Part shown: piece after piece, positions 27,130 to 36,200 of the stretch | How the letters are laid out: every line of letters begins with the position of its first letter | Position numbering within the stretch: position 1 is the first letter of the stretch | NCBI GenBank assembly: GCA_001794605.1 | Contig: MGKD01000009.1 | Span: forward strand, 1 to 51,777 | DNA: 51,777 bases | Direction of reading: 5' to 3' | From: Candidatus Yanofskybacteria bacterium RIFCSPHIGHO2_12_FULL_45_19b | GTDB taxonomy: Bacteria; Patescibacteriota; Minisyncoccia; 2-02-FULL-40-12; IGHO2-12-FULL-4 | The notes under the pieces: generated by a model | What the model was told of the DNA's origin: nothing | The model's database searches: none | What the model saw: the letters and a program-made list of their open reading frames with translations, nothing else | Translations under genes and position numbers: made by a program

Positions 27130-28455
27130 CTACAATAATGGTGCGATCGCACTATTATTGTAGAAACTAAAAAGCTTTAAATCCCTAATTAACTTGAATT
27201 TACGCACAAAATCCACTGTTTCGTTAATGGCAACACTAATGGTACCAGTAAGTACTTTATACTTACCTGGGCCACCATTATAAATTGCCGCGCGCACTTC
27301 TTCAAGCTTGCTGGAGTTGTCTTCTATCGCCTGCCAATACTTATCACCTTGAGTGGATTTAGCATTAGCTACGCGATCTTTAACTGATTGGAGGTGATCA
27401 TCAAATACTAGGATTGAGGCAATAATAGCATTATCAATATCTACTCGACCCATGCCGGAATCTTTTATCAATTTGGCGTTGGGGTAGCGTTTGGCAACAC
27501 TGTCGTAAGTACCGGGCATAATCTGTCCTAAACCCAGCGCCCCGGTTTTAGAATAAGTATAACGGAAAGCCGTCTCGCCATTAGTAGCCAGGCGGACCAT
27601 GACGCGTTCCGCTAATTTTTGGCCACCATCTCCGGCTAGCATGATCAATTTTGGATCAGTCTGTTCGGTCAAAAAAATGTTTTTTATAAATTGAGGAGTA
27701 ATCGTTTGCACTACCAGTTGATTGGGGAAAGCGTGCGATTTAATTTTTAATTCTGCCAAACGGACGAAAGCCTTAGCAACATGTTCATCTAAAAACTGCT
27801 TGCCAGCGCTGACAATTTCTGGTTGATGTACTAAAGCGGAATACGGTGCGTAAACGATATCGGAGTATTTTTTGCCGGTGCGATCTTCCGGGTAAGCCAG
27901 ATCGTCGTTGGGGATACCATATTTCATGGCTACTACAATATAGCGATCAGCGGTGTTGGTGTCGCCTACTTTGTTGATGCGCAAATCAGAGTTAAAATAG
28001 TTCCACCATTTGACCGTCACCTTGAAATCTTCTGAACTGGTAGTGGGGCGAAAGTTGGGAATATTATCAAAATTTTCTAAATAAGTACGACGGATAAAAT
28101 TAGCGTCAGTGATTTCCTCTTCATCTAGCCAATAACGCTTCTCCACAATATTGTTGGTTTTAGTATCTAAAATTGCTAGGGCCACTTCTTGTTTGGTTAG
28201 GTGATTTTTTTTATTAACAGTGATTTCGGTAAAACCAAGTGGAGCGGAATGGCGCAAAAGCTCTTTTCCAGAATCAATACTGGTTAAAAGGTCTTTGGGT
28301 ACATTGGTGGTAGGCAAAGCCTGGTTAACTTGGGCTTGTGAATAGGCCACTTCGATTACTCGATCTTTGGGCCAAAACAAAAACAGGCTGCCGGCCAGTA
28401 AAACACCCAGCAATGGTAATACCAACCAATAAATTATTTTACTGCGAGTTAACAC
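27130..28455 (-). CDS. membrane-anchored protein with SLT-type lytic transglycosylase domain
   Basis: N-terminal TM; ETAFRYTYSKTGALGLGQIMPGTY matches the E-S...S..GA.GLMQ SLT pattern. Confidence 0.65.
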   Translation of the reverse strand: MLTRSKIIYWLVLPLLGVLLAGSLFLFWPKDRVIEVAYSQAQVNQALPTTNVPKDLLTSIDSGKELLRHSAPLGFTEITVNKKNHLTKQEVALAILDTKTNNIVEKRYWLDEEEITDANFIRRTYLENFDNIPNFRPTTSSEDFKVTVKWWNYFNSDLRINKVGDTNTADRYIVVAMKYGIPNDDLAYPEDRTGKKYSDIVYAPYSALVHQPEIVSAGKQFLDEHVAKAFVRLAELKIKSHAFPNQLVVQTITPQFIKNIFLTEQTDPKLIMLAGDGGQKLAERVMVRLATNGETAFRYTYSKTGALGLGQIMPGTYDSVAKRYPNAKLIKDSGMGRVDIDNAIIASILVFDDHLQSVKDRVANAKSTQGDKYWQAIEDNSSKLEEVRAAIYNGGPGKYKVLTGTISVAINETVDFVRKFKLIRDLKLFSFYNNSAIAPLL

Positions 28456-28467
28456 AACCTAATTATA

Positions 28468-29787
28468 TCACAAATCCTGTTCAATTTGAGCGGCCTTATT
28501 TTGAATAGCATTGGCGTAAGAGTTGCAGGAGGCGGTAGCACAACGCGAGTTACCACTATAGTAGGCTTTGGAGGCGGCTACTTCGGCGGCACGAGTTTTG
28601 GCACCAGCACCGGCATTAGCTAATTTGGTAGCGGAAGCGGTGAAAGCATCCTCAATATTCCACGGATTAGCGGGGTTGTGGCCAGTGATGCGCGCCACTT
28701 GGTCGCGGTAAGCAATCCAGGTAGATGGAATGAATTGGGCTGGGCCCATGGCGCCACCCCAACCATTACGTTTACCATTAACGAATTGCGGACAAGAGAC
28801 CGCTGTGGTGTCTGGATTTAGGCCAAGCTGAGCGGTAATGTCCAAAAAGGGCTGGTGGTCACGTACGTGCATAATCTTGCGCCAGTTCTTTTCTGGTGGA
28901 TCTTCGGGGCGGTTGCAACGGCCGACGTTACGACCAAGCCCAGATTCGATTTCCAGTACCGCAATTAGGTAGGCTGGACGAATTCCCGCTCGAATGGCGG
29001 CTAACTCGCCAAATTTTACGGCGTCTTCGGCCGTAACACCATTTTGTTGTAAGTAATAAATCTGCGCGCGGATTTTTTCGATATCTGCTTTGGATTGTTT
29101 TACTAAATTTTGGAATTTTGACTCCTCGCCCTTGGTAACCTTGAGCAGGTTGTTTTTATTGTTTTTGGTCTGTTCGGCGGAACGGCGTTGGATTTCTTGA
29201 ATACTCTTGAGGTTTTCTAGCTCACTGCGTTGGTCTTCCAGTTTATCTTGTTCTGTTTCCAGGTCAGTCTTAAGGGATTTTATCTCGTCAATATTGATGC
29301 GCAGATTATCTTGAGTCGAAGTTAAGTCATTTACCTGATTAAAGAAATCCGACAGACTGTTATTTTTTAAGACAACCTCTACCAAATTATCCTGTTCAAG
29401 ATGATTAAGTAAACGTAAAGCGTTGGCTAGGGCTCCCTTGCGCATTAAGATTTTTTCTTCCGCTATGGCGATAGACTGTTGCGTGGTGAATATTTCATCG
29501 TTAGTTTTTCCAATTGAAAGTGCCAGACTACGAATTTCCAGTTGAACACTATTGATTCGAGCGTTGAGAATACCGATTTCGTTGCTCAAGCTCTTAGCCG
29601 CGCCTTGACGTTGGTCAATTTGGGTTTGGTACTCAGCGATCTGGCGTTCTAGTTCTTGGATTTGAAGATTTTTGGAGGCAATATCGTCTTGTGTAGTGGC
29701 CTGGGTTGGCTGGGTGAACAAAAACAGACCGGCAAAGAGGCCGACTAATAAGTTAGCAGACAAAATGCTAAGATGTTTTGTTGGCAT
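28468..29787 (-). CDS. secreted coiled-coil protein with MltB-like lytic transglycosylase domain
   Basis: Signal/TM, about 230 aa of coiled coil, then LEIESGLGRNVG and GAMGPAQFIPSTW. Confidence 0.6.
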   Translation of the reverse strand: MPTKHLSILSANLLVGLFAGLFLFTQPTQATTQDDIASKNLQIQELERQIAEYQTQIDQRQGAAKSLSNEIGILNARINSVQLEIRSLALSIGKTNDEIFTTQQSIAIAEEKILMRKGALANALRLLNHLEQDNLVEVVLKNNSLSDFFNQVNDLTSTQDNLRINIDEIKSLKTDLETEQDKLEDQRSELENLKSIQEIQRRSAEQTKNNKNNLLKVTKGEESKFQNLVKQSKADIEKIRAQIYYLQQNGVTAEDAVKFGELAAIRAGIRPAYLIAVLEIESGLGRNVGRCNRPEDPPEKNWRKIMHVRDHQPFLDITAQLGLNPDTTAVSCPQFVNGKRNGWGGAMGPAQFIPSTWIAYRDQVARITGHNPANPWNIEDAFTASATKLANAGAGAKTRAAEVAASKAYYSGNSRCATASCNSYANAIQNKAAQIEQDL

Positions 29788-29918
29788 TACTTAATTATGG
29801 TGACGTTGGGCGTCGGAGAAATTGACCATTCTGGTGCTTGGGTGGTTTCACTCCGCCATAGAAAAAAGATGGCGATAATCACTAACAAAACAACGAGGAT
29901 TAGAACACTCTTTTTCAT
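29787..29918 (-). CDS. small single-pass membrane protein (43 aa)
   Basis: Start set to ATG 29918 (MKKSVLILVVLLVIIAIFFLW). Its stop overlaps the next gene's start. Confidence 0.45.
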   Translation of the reverse strand: MKKSVLILVVLLVIIAIFFLWRSETTQAPEWSISPTPNVTIIK

Positions 29919-29975
29919 GTCTAGATTATCCCGCAATTGAGTAAGTAGTTCAAGTCTTTCTAAGTGGACTGACAA

Positions 29976-29984
29976 TGCTATAAT
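29976..29984 (+). promoter_or_regulatory. extended -10 element, leaderless candidate
   Basis: TGcTATAAT with 6 nt to ATG 29991. Confidence 0.5.
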
Positions 29985-29990
29985 ATAGTC

Positions 29991-30359
29991 ATGCTTAGAC
30001 TTCTAGGTTTAGCGGTTTTGGTCGGGGGTGGATTTTTATTGCTCAGTAGAACTAATGTAGTAGATGTCTCTGGTGTAAAACAAAAGGCCATTGAGGCAGT
30101 TAATCCTTCGGCTAAGGAAAGCCGTTTATTGGGCGAGGCTAATGATAAATTGGCAGAAGTGAAAAAAACGCTAGACAACAATCCAACCGGCTTAGGAGCA
30201 AACGAGGTAAAAAACCTAACGACTACCATTACCGAAACTCAGGCAGTTATTAATGAAGCCAGTATTCAGAATGAAAAAGGTGGGGTACTGGCTAGTATGG
30301 GACAACTAGTAAGCAAATTTGCTGGCACCGCCTCTTCGAGTAACTCTTGTATAAAATGA
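29991..30359 (+). CDS. small membrane-anchored/secreted helical protein
   Basis: N-terminal hydrophobic segment LLGLAVLVGGGFLLL, followed by the terminator at 30364. Confidence 0.55.
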   Translation: MLRLLGLAVLVGGGFLLLSRTNVVDVSGVKQKAIEAVNPSAKESRLLGEANDKLAEVKKTLDNNPTGLGANEVKNLTTTITETQAVINEASIQNEKGGVLASMGQLVSKFAGTASSSNSCIK

Positions 30360-30363
30360 ATTA

Positions 30364-30395
30364 CCCCACCGCGGTCATGTTTGCGGTGGGGTTTT
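30364..30395 (+). terminator. rho-independent terminator
   Basis: CCCCACCGCggtcatgtttGCGGTGGGGtttt. Confidence 0.8.
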
Positions 30396-30599
30396 GAGGG
30401 CGAATAGTCCCTCGATGAGTCCGGTCGGAGGCGGGTCGCACAACCAACGATGGCTGGCGCGACGATGGCTGGCGCGACGTTTGGAGCGGAGCCTTAGTTG
30501 TACTCCGCCTCCGACACTGCAAAAAAAGGAAAGAACGGCTAGCCGGTGTTATCTCGAGGTCTCCGCATTTGGAGGCCTCCTTTCTTTTTTGGGAGGAAA

Positions 30600-30711
30600 A
30601 AGAATAAAAATTTAGGGGCGCTCCGGCCAATTTGGTGACAGCCTTTTCACGGCTGTGCCTGTCTGGCCGATCGGAGCGCCCCGGCCTTTGGACCCTTTCG
30701 AAAGGTTCACA
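30600..30711 (-). ncRNA. candidate ~110-nt small RNA with own promoter and terminator-like 3' hairpin (family unassigned)
   Basis: A consensus promoter lies just upstream. The transcript would contain the GAACCTTTCGAAAGGGTCC hairpin. It also has a 68-nt rod: GGGGCGCTCCG...GGCCA...ACAGCC-GTGAAAA-GGCTGT...TGGCC-GGAGCGCCCC, followed by TAAATTTTTATT. Confidence 0.4.
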
Positions 30712-30717
30712 TATATA

Positions 30718-30746
30718 ATCATAGCGCATTGGGTACTAAGTGTCAA
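30718..30746 (-). promoter_or_regulatory. near-consensus sigma70 promoter
   Basis: TTGACA (30741-30746), 17-nt spacer, TATGAT (30718-23) on the minus strand, with no protein-like ORF downstream. Confidence 0.6.
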
Positions 30747-30823
30747 TGGCTAGTAAAGCTTACGCAGGAAAAGGCTTGATTTATATATAAAAAGGGGTAT
30801 TATGGATAACGCTGACGAGTGAT

Positions 30824-31072
30824 CTAGGAAGTTAACAAAAACAAAGAACGAAAAGTCCCCGTTGGCCCAGAAATCCTGGGCCAGCGGGGCAATTCATTTT
30901 TAGATTTAAAAACGGCCTCACCCAGCGAGACCGTTTTCCAACTACCACTGGCGCCAGCTCCGCCCGATGATCCCCCACCAGGAACAAAGCGAACAGACTT
31001 TTTACCAGTGGCACTGATAATCGCACACACCATCAGAAGTACCAAGAGAAGCTTGATTGTCTTTTTTAGCAT
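30824..31072 (-). CDS. small secreted Gly/Ser-rich protein
   Basis: GGAGG 7 nt before ATG 31072 and a signal-like MLKKTIKLLLVLLMVCAIISA. The 3' codons run through a terminator hairpin. Confidence 0.5.
   Translation of the reverse strand: MLKKTIKLLLVLLMVCAIISATGKKSVRFVPGGGSSGGAGASGSWKTVSLGEAVFKSKNELPRWPRISGPTGTFRSLFLLTS
30841..30889 (-). terminator. rho-independent terminator
   Basis: CCCCGCTGGCCCAGgatttCTGGGCCAACGGGG followed by a T-rich run on the minus strand. Confidence 0.65.
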
Positions 31073-31117
31073 CACTTAGCCTCCGGAGAAAATACTAAGC
31101 AGACTATAGCACAGAGT

Positions 31118-31624
31118 TTATTCGACAATCAATAAGCCTTTCATGCCCATGGCACGATGACCAGTGACGGAGCAGTAGTACTCGAATTGGCCGATCTTAT
31201 CAGCCACAAACTCCACGGTAGCGGTTTCTCCGCTCTTGATGCGTGGAGTCCGCACATTAAATTCGTCAATTACTAAATCGTGTGTTCCGCCGGTATTCTG
31301 GAGAGTAATTTTTACGGTATCGCCTTTTTTGACTTTGATTTCAGTTGGAGAAAAAGAGAAGTTTTTGCCAATTACCGTGAAAGTCTTAGCCGTGGGAGTG
31401 GGTGCCTCTGTCCCAGGAGTGACCACACTAGGTGGAGTCGGACTAGCGGTGCTTACACTAACTGTGGGGGTTGGTGTGGTTATCTCGTCTGAAGCGTTTC
31501 GATTTTTACCCCAAAAGACATAGACCACTATTAAAACTACAATTATTAAACCAACTGATAGCCAAAGGCCTTTGCCACTGTTTTTTTTCATTTCTGACAT
31601 ACTTTGCACTGGCTCGTTTTCCAT
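31118..31624 (-). CDS. membrane-anchored cupredoxin (azurin/plastocyanin-family blue copper protein)
   Basis: TM anchor, Pro/Thr linker, His ligand GGTHDLVI and YYCSVTGHRAMGM (C-x4-H-x3-M, azurin-like spacing). Confidence 0.8.
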   Translation of the reverse strand: MENEPVQSMSEMKKNSGKGLWLSVGLIIVVLIVVYVFWGKNRNASDEITTPTPTVSVSTASPTPPSVVTPGTEAPTPTAKTFTVIGKNFSFSPTEIKVKKGDTVKITLQNTGGTHDLVIDEFNVRTPRIKSGETATVEFVADKIGQFEYYCSVTGHRAMGMKGLLIVE

Positions 31625-31697
31625 AGATTTGTGAATTTAAAAACTTCCTTTTTGGTGATTGTATCGGATTAGGTAAAAACTGGCTAGGGATAACTTT

Positions 31698-32831
31698 TTA
31701 ACTAGATTTAGTCTCTATTCCAACGGCTTGCGCGACATTGTTAAAACCACCTTGTTTAAGTAATTTTATTAAACCCAAATTAATTTGCGCTGGTAACTGC
31801 GGGCCGACATAGACCATGCCAGTGATCATTTCTATCAAGGAAGCGCCGAGTTTAACTTTTTTGTAAGCGTCTTCGGCGCTAAATACACCACCGCAACCGA
31901 TGATTGTTAATTTGGAGCCGAATTCTTTGTAAGCTAGAGCAATCAACTCGTTGGAACGCTTTTCCACTGGCTTACCACTAAAAAAACCCTGCTCGTAACG
32001 CTTCACTTCCGTTTGATTTAGTGAAGGATCATTGCGGTTAGTTTGTAAGTTGGAAAAAATTACTCCAGCCACTGGATGATCGGCAATTATCGAGAGCATG
32101 GCGCGAGTTTCATCGTCTGATTTGTTAATCGGCATTTTAATAAAAAGTGGTTTGGAAAGATTGAGTGCCGTTACGACGGTCAATAAGTCCTGCAAGTGCT
32201 CCGGTGAATAAAACTCCACATCGCCATAAAGATTAGGGCAACTGATGTTTAACTCGTAATAACTAAACGATACAGCGGTGCGATTGGTTTCAGCGATCTG
32301 AAAAGTCGTTACCACATCAGCTACGGCTTCGGCCTGGGTCATCTCCTTTTGGCCATTGGTTTTGCCAATACTGATACCAACGGGAATGGCAAACTTAGCA
32401 CCAGTCAACTTTTTAATTATCACGCGAATCCCTTCGTTTTTAAAACCTTTATTAACCAATAATGAGCGTGATTTAACTAAACGGCCGAGACGTGGATACG
32501 GATTTCCTTCGTAGGCATTGTTAGTAATAGTACCGACTGTGCCGAAACCAAAACCAATCGCTGGCAAAACTTGCGTGAGGCGAGCTTCATAATCAAAACC
32601 GGCTGATAGACCGATCGGATTAGAAAATTTGATGCCATGAAAAGTTTGCTCTAGTATTGGGCTTTCCACGCGCCACATGGCCTGCAGAGTTGAACGTAAA
32701 ATCTTAGAACGTCCAATCCGCTCACCGATAGCGGTTAGCCAGTTGTGGACCCGTTCTGAATCAAATTGAAATAGTAGCGGGCGTTTAATACGATAGATAA
32801 TCTGGCCGGTTTTGAGAAAAAAATTAGACAT
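31698..32831 (-). CDS. pyrD: dihydroorotate dehydrogenase, class-2-like scaffold
   Basis: N-terminal LLFQFDSERVH extension, GLSAGFD and GFGFGTVGTIT...YPRLGRL as in the quinone-type enzyme, but the active-site loop reads LNISCPN (Cys where class 2 has Ser). Confidence 0.85.
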   Translation of the reverse strand: MSNFFLKTGQIIYRIKRPLLFQFDSERVHNWLTAIGERIGRSKILRSTLQAMWRVESPILEQTFHGIKFSNPIGLSAGFDYEARLTQVLPAIGFGFGTVGTITNNAYEGNPYPRLGRLVKSRSLLVNKGFKNEGIRVIIKKLTGAKFAIPVGISIGKTNGQKEMTQAEAVADVVTTFQIAETNRTAVSFSYYELNISCPNLYGDVEFYSPEHLQDLLTVVTALNLSKPLFIKMPINKSDDETRAMLSIIADHPVAGVIFSNLQTNRNDPSLNQTEVKRYEQGFFSGKPVEKRSNELIALAYKEFGSKLTIIGCGGVFSAEDAYKKVKLGASLIEMITGMVYVGPQLPAQINLGLIKLLKQGGFNNVAQAVGIETKSS

Positions 32832-34671
32832 TTATGCCAACTTTTCTAGATAACTCCTCAGCTTCAGTTATGGCCTCACCCAAGGCAGAATTTAAAGATT
32901 TCGTCCAGAAATCTTTAACTGTCGGATCAAGCCCAAAGGGTTTAACTAAATCCCCGACCTTTTTAGTAGAGCCGGATCGTAACATCTCAAGATATAGTGG
33001 CTCAAATTTTTCTCTCAGACGGGTCTGTTGGCTATAAATGGCCTCGGTCAATAGTTCCCCAAACGCATAGCCATAAACATAGAAAGGACGATGGAAGTGG
33101 CTAATGTATGTCCAAAGATTTTCTGTGTTTTCGTAGGTGAATACCCCACCTTCTTCACCATAAAATTCTTTTAGAGTTTCCAACCAGATCTGGCTGATTT
33201 CTTCAGCTGACAACTTGGTGGGTTCACCCCAGTGAGTGTAATTTTTGTCCATACCGTGCAGGCGTCGTTCAAAGTTAGAGAGTGCCATTTGGCGAACAGT
33301 GGTGTTAATAGTGTCGTCTAGTTTACTCATTAGTAACGCCAATAAAGATTTTTCGTCACCAGATTTAAGCAAGCGTTGTTTGAGTAAATTAAAAGTGGTT
33401 TTCTCCCCAAAAACCGAGGCGGTTTCAGCATAAGCAATCGGAGCTTGACTCATCAATACCCCTTGGGCTTCTCCTGCCAACAAACCATGGACACCATGCC
33501 CTAATTCATGTGCCAATGTGGCAACATCACGATTTGAACCAAGATAATTTAAGAAAGTAAAAGATGTCGGTTTATTCCCGGGTAAAACCAGAGAATAATT
33601 AAAAGCCCCACCCCGACGACCCTTGGTTACCGGAGCATCAACTCTTTGTTTGGTAATAGTATTTCGTATTAAGTCAGCCAGAGTTGGGCTGAAGCTCTCA
33701 TAGGCTTCTAGTACGGTTTTGATTGCGTCGCTAAAAGGAATTACCGTAGTATCGGTAAAGGGCATGGGCGCATTACGATCACTCCAGCGCAATATTTTTA
33801 AGCCCAGATGAGCTGCTTTTAATTTATAGAATCTTTCAGTAAAACTTCTAGCCAAAGAGGTGAAAGATTGGTGCAATGCCTCCACTACAGTATCGGGTAT
33901 ACGATTTGACTTGTTGCGAGCTGTCATAGGGTTCGCATATGAACGCTCACGTCTTTCCACTGCTTCTGAACCACTGGTAATATACAAGGTTTGTGCGGAA
34001 TATTTAGCAAATGCTCCGCCTAAGCCAGTATTGATTAGTTTCATTATGGTCGCCCTTTCTTCGGCATTTTTGGATTCTGTTAACAAATGTAATAGCTCGG
34101 TTAAACTTTTTGCTTCACCGTTGTAACTAAACCGTAAATCAGATCCCAACTCGTCGAATAGTTCACTCCAGGCGTTAGAACCAAAAGGAGAGCGTTTAGT
34201 CAGAGCTGATTCTACCGCTTCGCTAAGCAGGTGGGGTTTAAAAATTCTAATATGTTCTAACCAGGGTCGGTGCTTGGCCACTACCGGATCGGCCGTGTAA
34301 AATTTTTCTAGAGTAGCATCGTCAAGGGCAACCACCTCAATGTCAAAAAAAGATAGATACTCACCCGAAGCCGTGCTAATAATTCGATCAGCCTCGGCAA
34401 TTTTTGCCTTCACCTGGGCATCACCAGTGTTTAAACTCTGTTTCAAAAACAGATAGACACTAATTTTACTTTCTAACATTCTGATTTCGGCCAGATCAGT
34501 GATGGCCTGACTGAGAGTTTCTTTTAACTTGCCCTGATGGTTAAGATTGAAAGTCTTAACCATCTCCGCCAAGGTCGTAATATCAGTATCTAAACGCGGG
34601 TCGTCTAGATCCGAATAAAACACGCTTAAATCCCAACTAAATTTTTCTGTACCAAGATTATCCAAAGTCAT
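32824..34671 (-). CDS. pepF: oligoendopeptidase F (M3B family)
   Basis: HELGHGVH zinc motif; 615 aa. Confidence 0.85.
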   Translation of the reverse strand: MTLDNLGTEKFSWDLSVFYSDLDDPRLDTDITTLAEMVKTFNLNHQGKLKETLSQAITDLAEIRMLESKISVYLFLKQSLNTGDAQVKAKIAEADRIISTASGEYLSFFDIEVVALDDATLEKFYTADPVVAKHRPWLEHIRIFKPHLLSEAVESALTKRSPFGSNAWSELFDELGSDLRFSYNGEAKSLTELLHLLTESKNAEERATIMKLINTGLGGAFAKYSAQTLYITSGSEAVERRERSYANPMTARNKSNRIPDTVVEALHQSFTSLARSFTERFYKLKAAHLGLKILRWSDRNAPMPFTDTTVIPFSDAIKTVLEAYESFSPTLADLIRNTITKQRVDAPVTKGRRGGAFNYSLVLPGNKPTSFTFLNYLGSNRDVATLAHELGHGVHGLLAGEAQGVLMSQAPIAYAETASVFGEKTTFNLLKQRLLKSGDEKSLLALLMSKLDDTINTTVRQMALSNFERRLHGMDKNYTHWGEPTKLSAEEISQIWLETLKEFYGEEGGVFTYENTENLWTYISHFHRPFYVYGYAFGELLTEAIYSQQTRLREKFEPLYLEMLRSGSTKKVGDLVKPFGLDPTVKDFWTKSLNSALGEAITEAEELSRKVGINV

Positions 34672-34712
34672 TGGGTAATTGTAGCTGGTTTAACAAAAAT
34701 TTCCAGAGTTTA

Positions 34713-35924
34713 CTAACTGATAAACGTGAGGGCTTTGCCGCGCTTATTGCCACGGCCGGTACGACCGATACGGTGGACGTAATCGTCGTAAGTAGCGGGG
34801 ATATCGTAGTTGATGACGTGGCTAACATCAGCGATATCCAGACCACGAGCGGCGACGTCGGTGGCGACTAAAACTTGGATATGACTGGCACGGAAAAGAT
34901 TTAAGGCGCGCTGACGCTGGGCTTGATTTTTGTTGCCATGAATAGAGGCAGACTTAAAACCTCGATCACTGAGAATATTTGACAGTTTTTCGACACTGAA
35001 TTTGGTACGCGCGAAAATTAAGACCTTTTTGAAGTCTTCTTGACGCAGTAAGTCGTGCAAGTGATCGAGTTTATCGCTACCGTGCGGAACGCGAATGACA
35101 TCTTGTTCTACATTGCTCGCGGTATCACGAGTTTTAACTGAGATACGCACTGGCTCTTTCAAGAATTCTTTGATCAAACGCTCAATATCCGATGACAAAG
35201 TCGCTGAAAAGAATAAAGTATGGCGCTCGGTTGGCATGCTCGACATCACTAGGCGCATGTCATGCACGAAGCCCATGTCTAACATCCGATCGGCTTCGTC
35301 AAGCACCAAGGTTTTGAATTTGTTCAATTGAATAGCCCGACGATTGGTTAAGTCTTTAATGCGACCGGGAGTACCAATAATAAAGTTGTAGCGATAACGC
35401 AGTTCGCTCATCTGATGACCAATGCTCATACCACCCACGCAACAAACTGAATTAATACCACTACCACGCGCAAAAGCGTGTAGCTCTTCATCAATCTGTA
35501 ACGCCAACTCACGGGTCGGCACCAAAATCAAAACTCGCTCCTCTCGGTTAAGTACCACTTTGTTGAGCAATGGGATTAAGAAGGCGGCGGTTTTACCAGT
35601 GCCAGTGTTGGCAATACCAACTAGGTCTTGCCTAGTCAGGATGTGTGGAATAGCGCGATCTTGAATTGGGGTAGGGGTGGTGTAACCCTTGGCAATAATC
35701 GCTTTTTTAAGACCATCGGCAATCAAAAAATCCGCGAACTTATGTTCGGGCACAAAATGCTCTACTTCCTCGGTTATGACTGCTTTGTTGACGAAACGGC
35801 TGGGATCGATGCGCTCGCCCTGGCCAAAACGGCCACGACTGCCACCACCAAAACCACCACCACGGCGGGGTGGAAAACCCCTACCAGCGGGTCGTTTTGA
35901 CCCGGTAGATCTACTATAATGCAT
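34713..35924 (-). CDS. DEAD-box ATP-dependent RNA helicase with N-terminal RGG-rich tail
   Basis: GTGKTAAF, VLDEADRMLDMGF, SAT and HRIGRTGRG. Confidence 0.95.
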   Translation of the reverse strand: MHYSRSTGSKRPAGRGFPPRRGGGFGGGSRGRFGQGERIDPSRFVNKAVITEEVEHFVPEHKFADFLIADGLKKAIIAKGYTTPTPIQDRAIPHILTRQDLVGIANTGTGKTAAFLIPLLNKVVLNREERVLILVPTRELALQIDEELHAFARGSGINSVCCVGGMSIGHQMSELRYRYNFIIGTPGRIKDLTNRRAIQLNKFKTLVLDEADRMLDMGFVHDMRLVMSSMPTERHTLFFSATLSSDIERLIKEFLKEPVRISVKTRDTASNVEQDVIRVPHGSDKLDHLHDLLRQEDFKKVLIFARTKFSVEKLSNILSDRGFKSASIHGNKNQAQRQRALNLFRASHIQVLVATDVAARGLDIADVSHVINYDIPATYDDYVHRIGRTGRGNKRGKALTFIS

Positions 35925-36052
35925 AGCTCACTTGATGAGTCTCGCCAGTTTTTAGATAAAGCGACAGCGCTTTGATGCACCGCTTCGGTGCACGAGGGTT
36001 AACAAAAGAAAAACCAATGAGAATCAATATTTAGTTATAGAGACAGTATATA

Positions 36053-36200
36053 TTAATTTGATGCACCTGTCAAATTTATAGTGCTAGTCAACATACCCTT
36101 TCGCTTGTTTTTCGAACATAGTGGCGTAGAGACCATATTCCCTTCCTCGGCAATCTGGCCGTTCTTTAGCATAATAATTTTGTCGGCGTAAAGCGTCGCC
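36053..36200 (-). pseudogene. probable remnant of the 3' end of an ABC-transporter ATPase gene
   Basis: The translation ATLYADKIIMLKNGQIAEEGN... resembles the post-H-loop ADKIIVLKDGKIVEEG segment of ABC exporters. No upstream part remains, because the SPFH gene ends at 36201. Confidence 0.4.

Noticed and set aside
30397-30440. Hammerhead-like core (CGATGAG ... CGAAT)
   Set aside because: It lacks the U of CUGAUGA and the GAAA element, and the helices do not arrange into a three-way junction.
30449-30478. Tandem 15-nt repeat as a CRISPR or VNTR array
   Set aside because: It has only two units with no spacers and is embedded in a long hairpin. This is not a CRISPR. No CRISPR array or cas gene was seen anywhere in the window.
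30361-30729. 122-aa minus-strand ORF (Arg/Ser/Pro-rich)
   Set aside because: Its composition is typical of translating GC-rich structured DNA. It spans terminators, hairpins and a 15-nt tandem repeat, has no RBS and runs over the candidate sRNA. Treated as non-coding.
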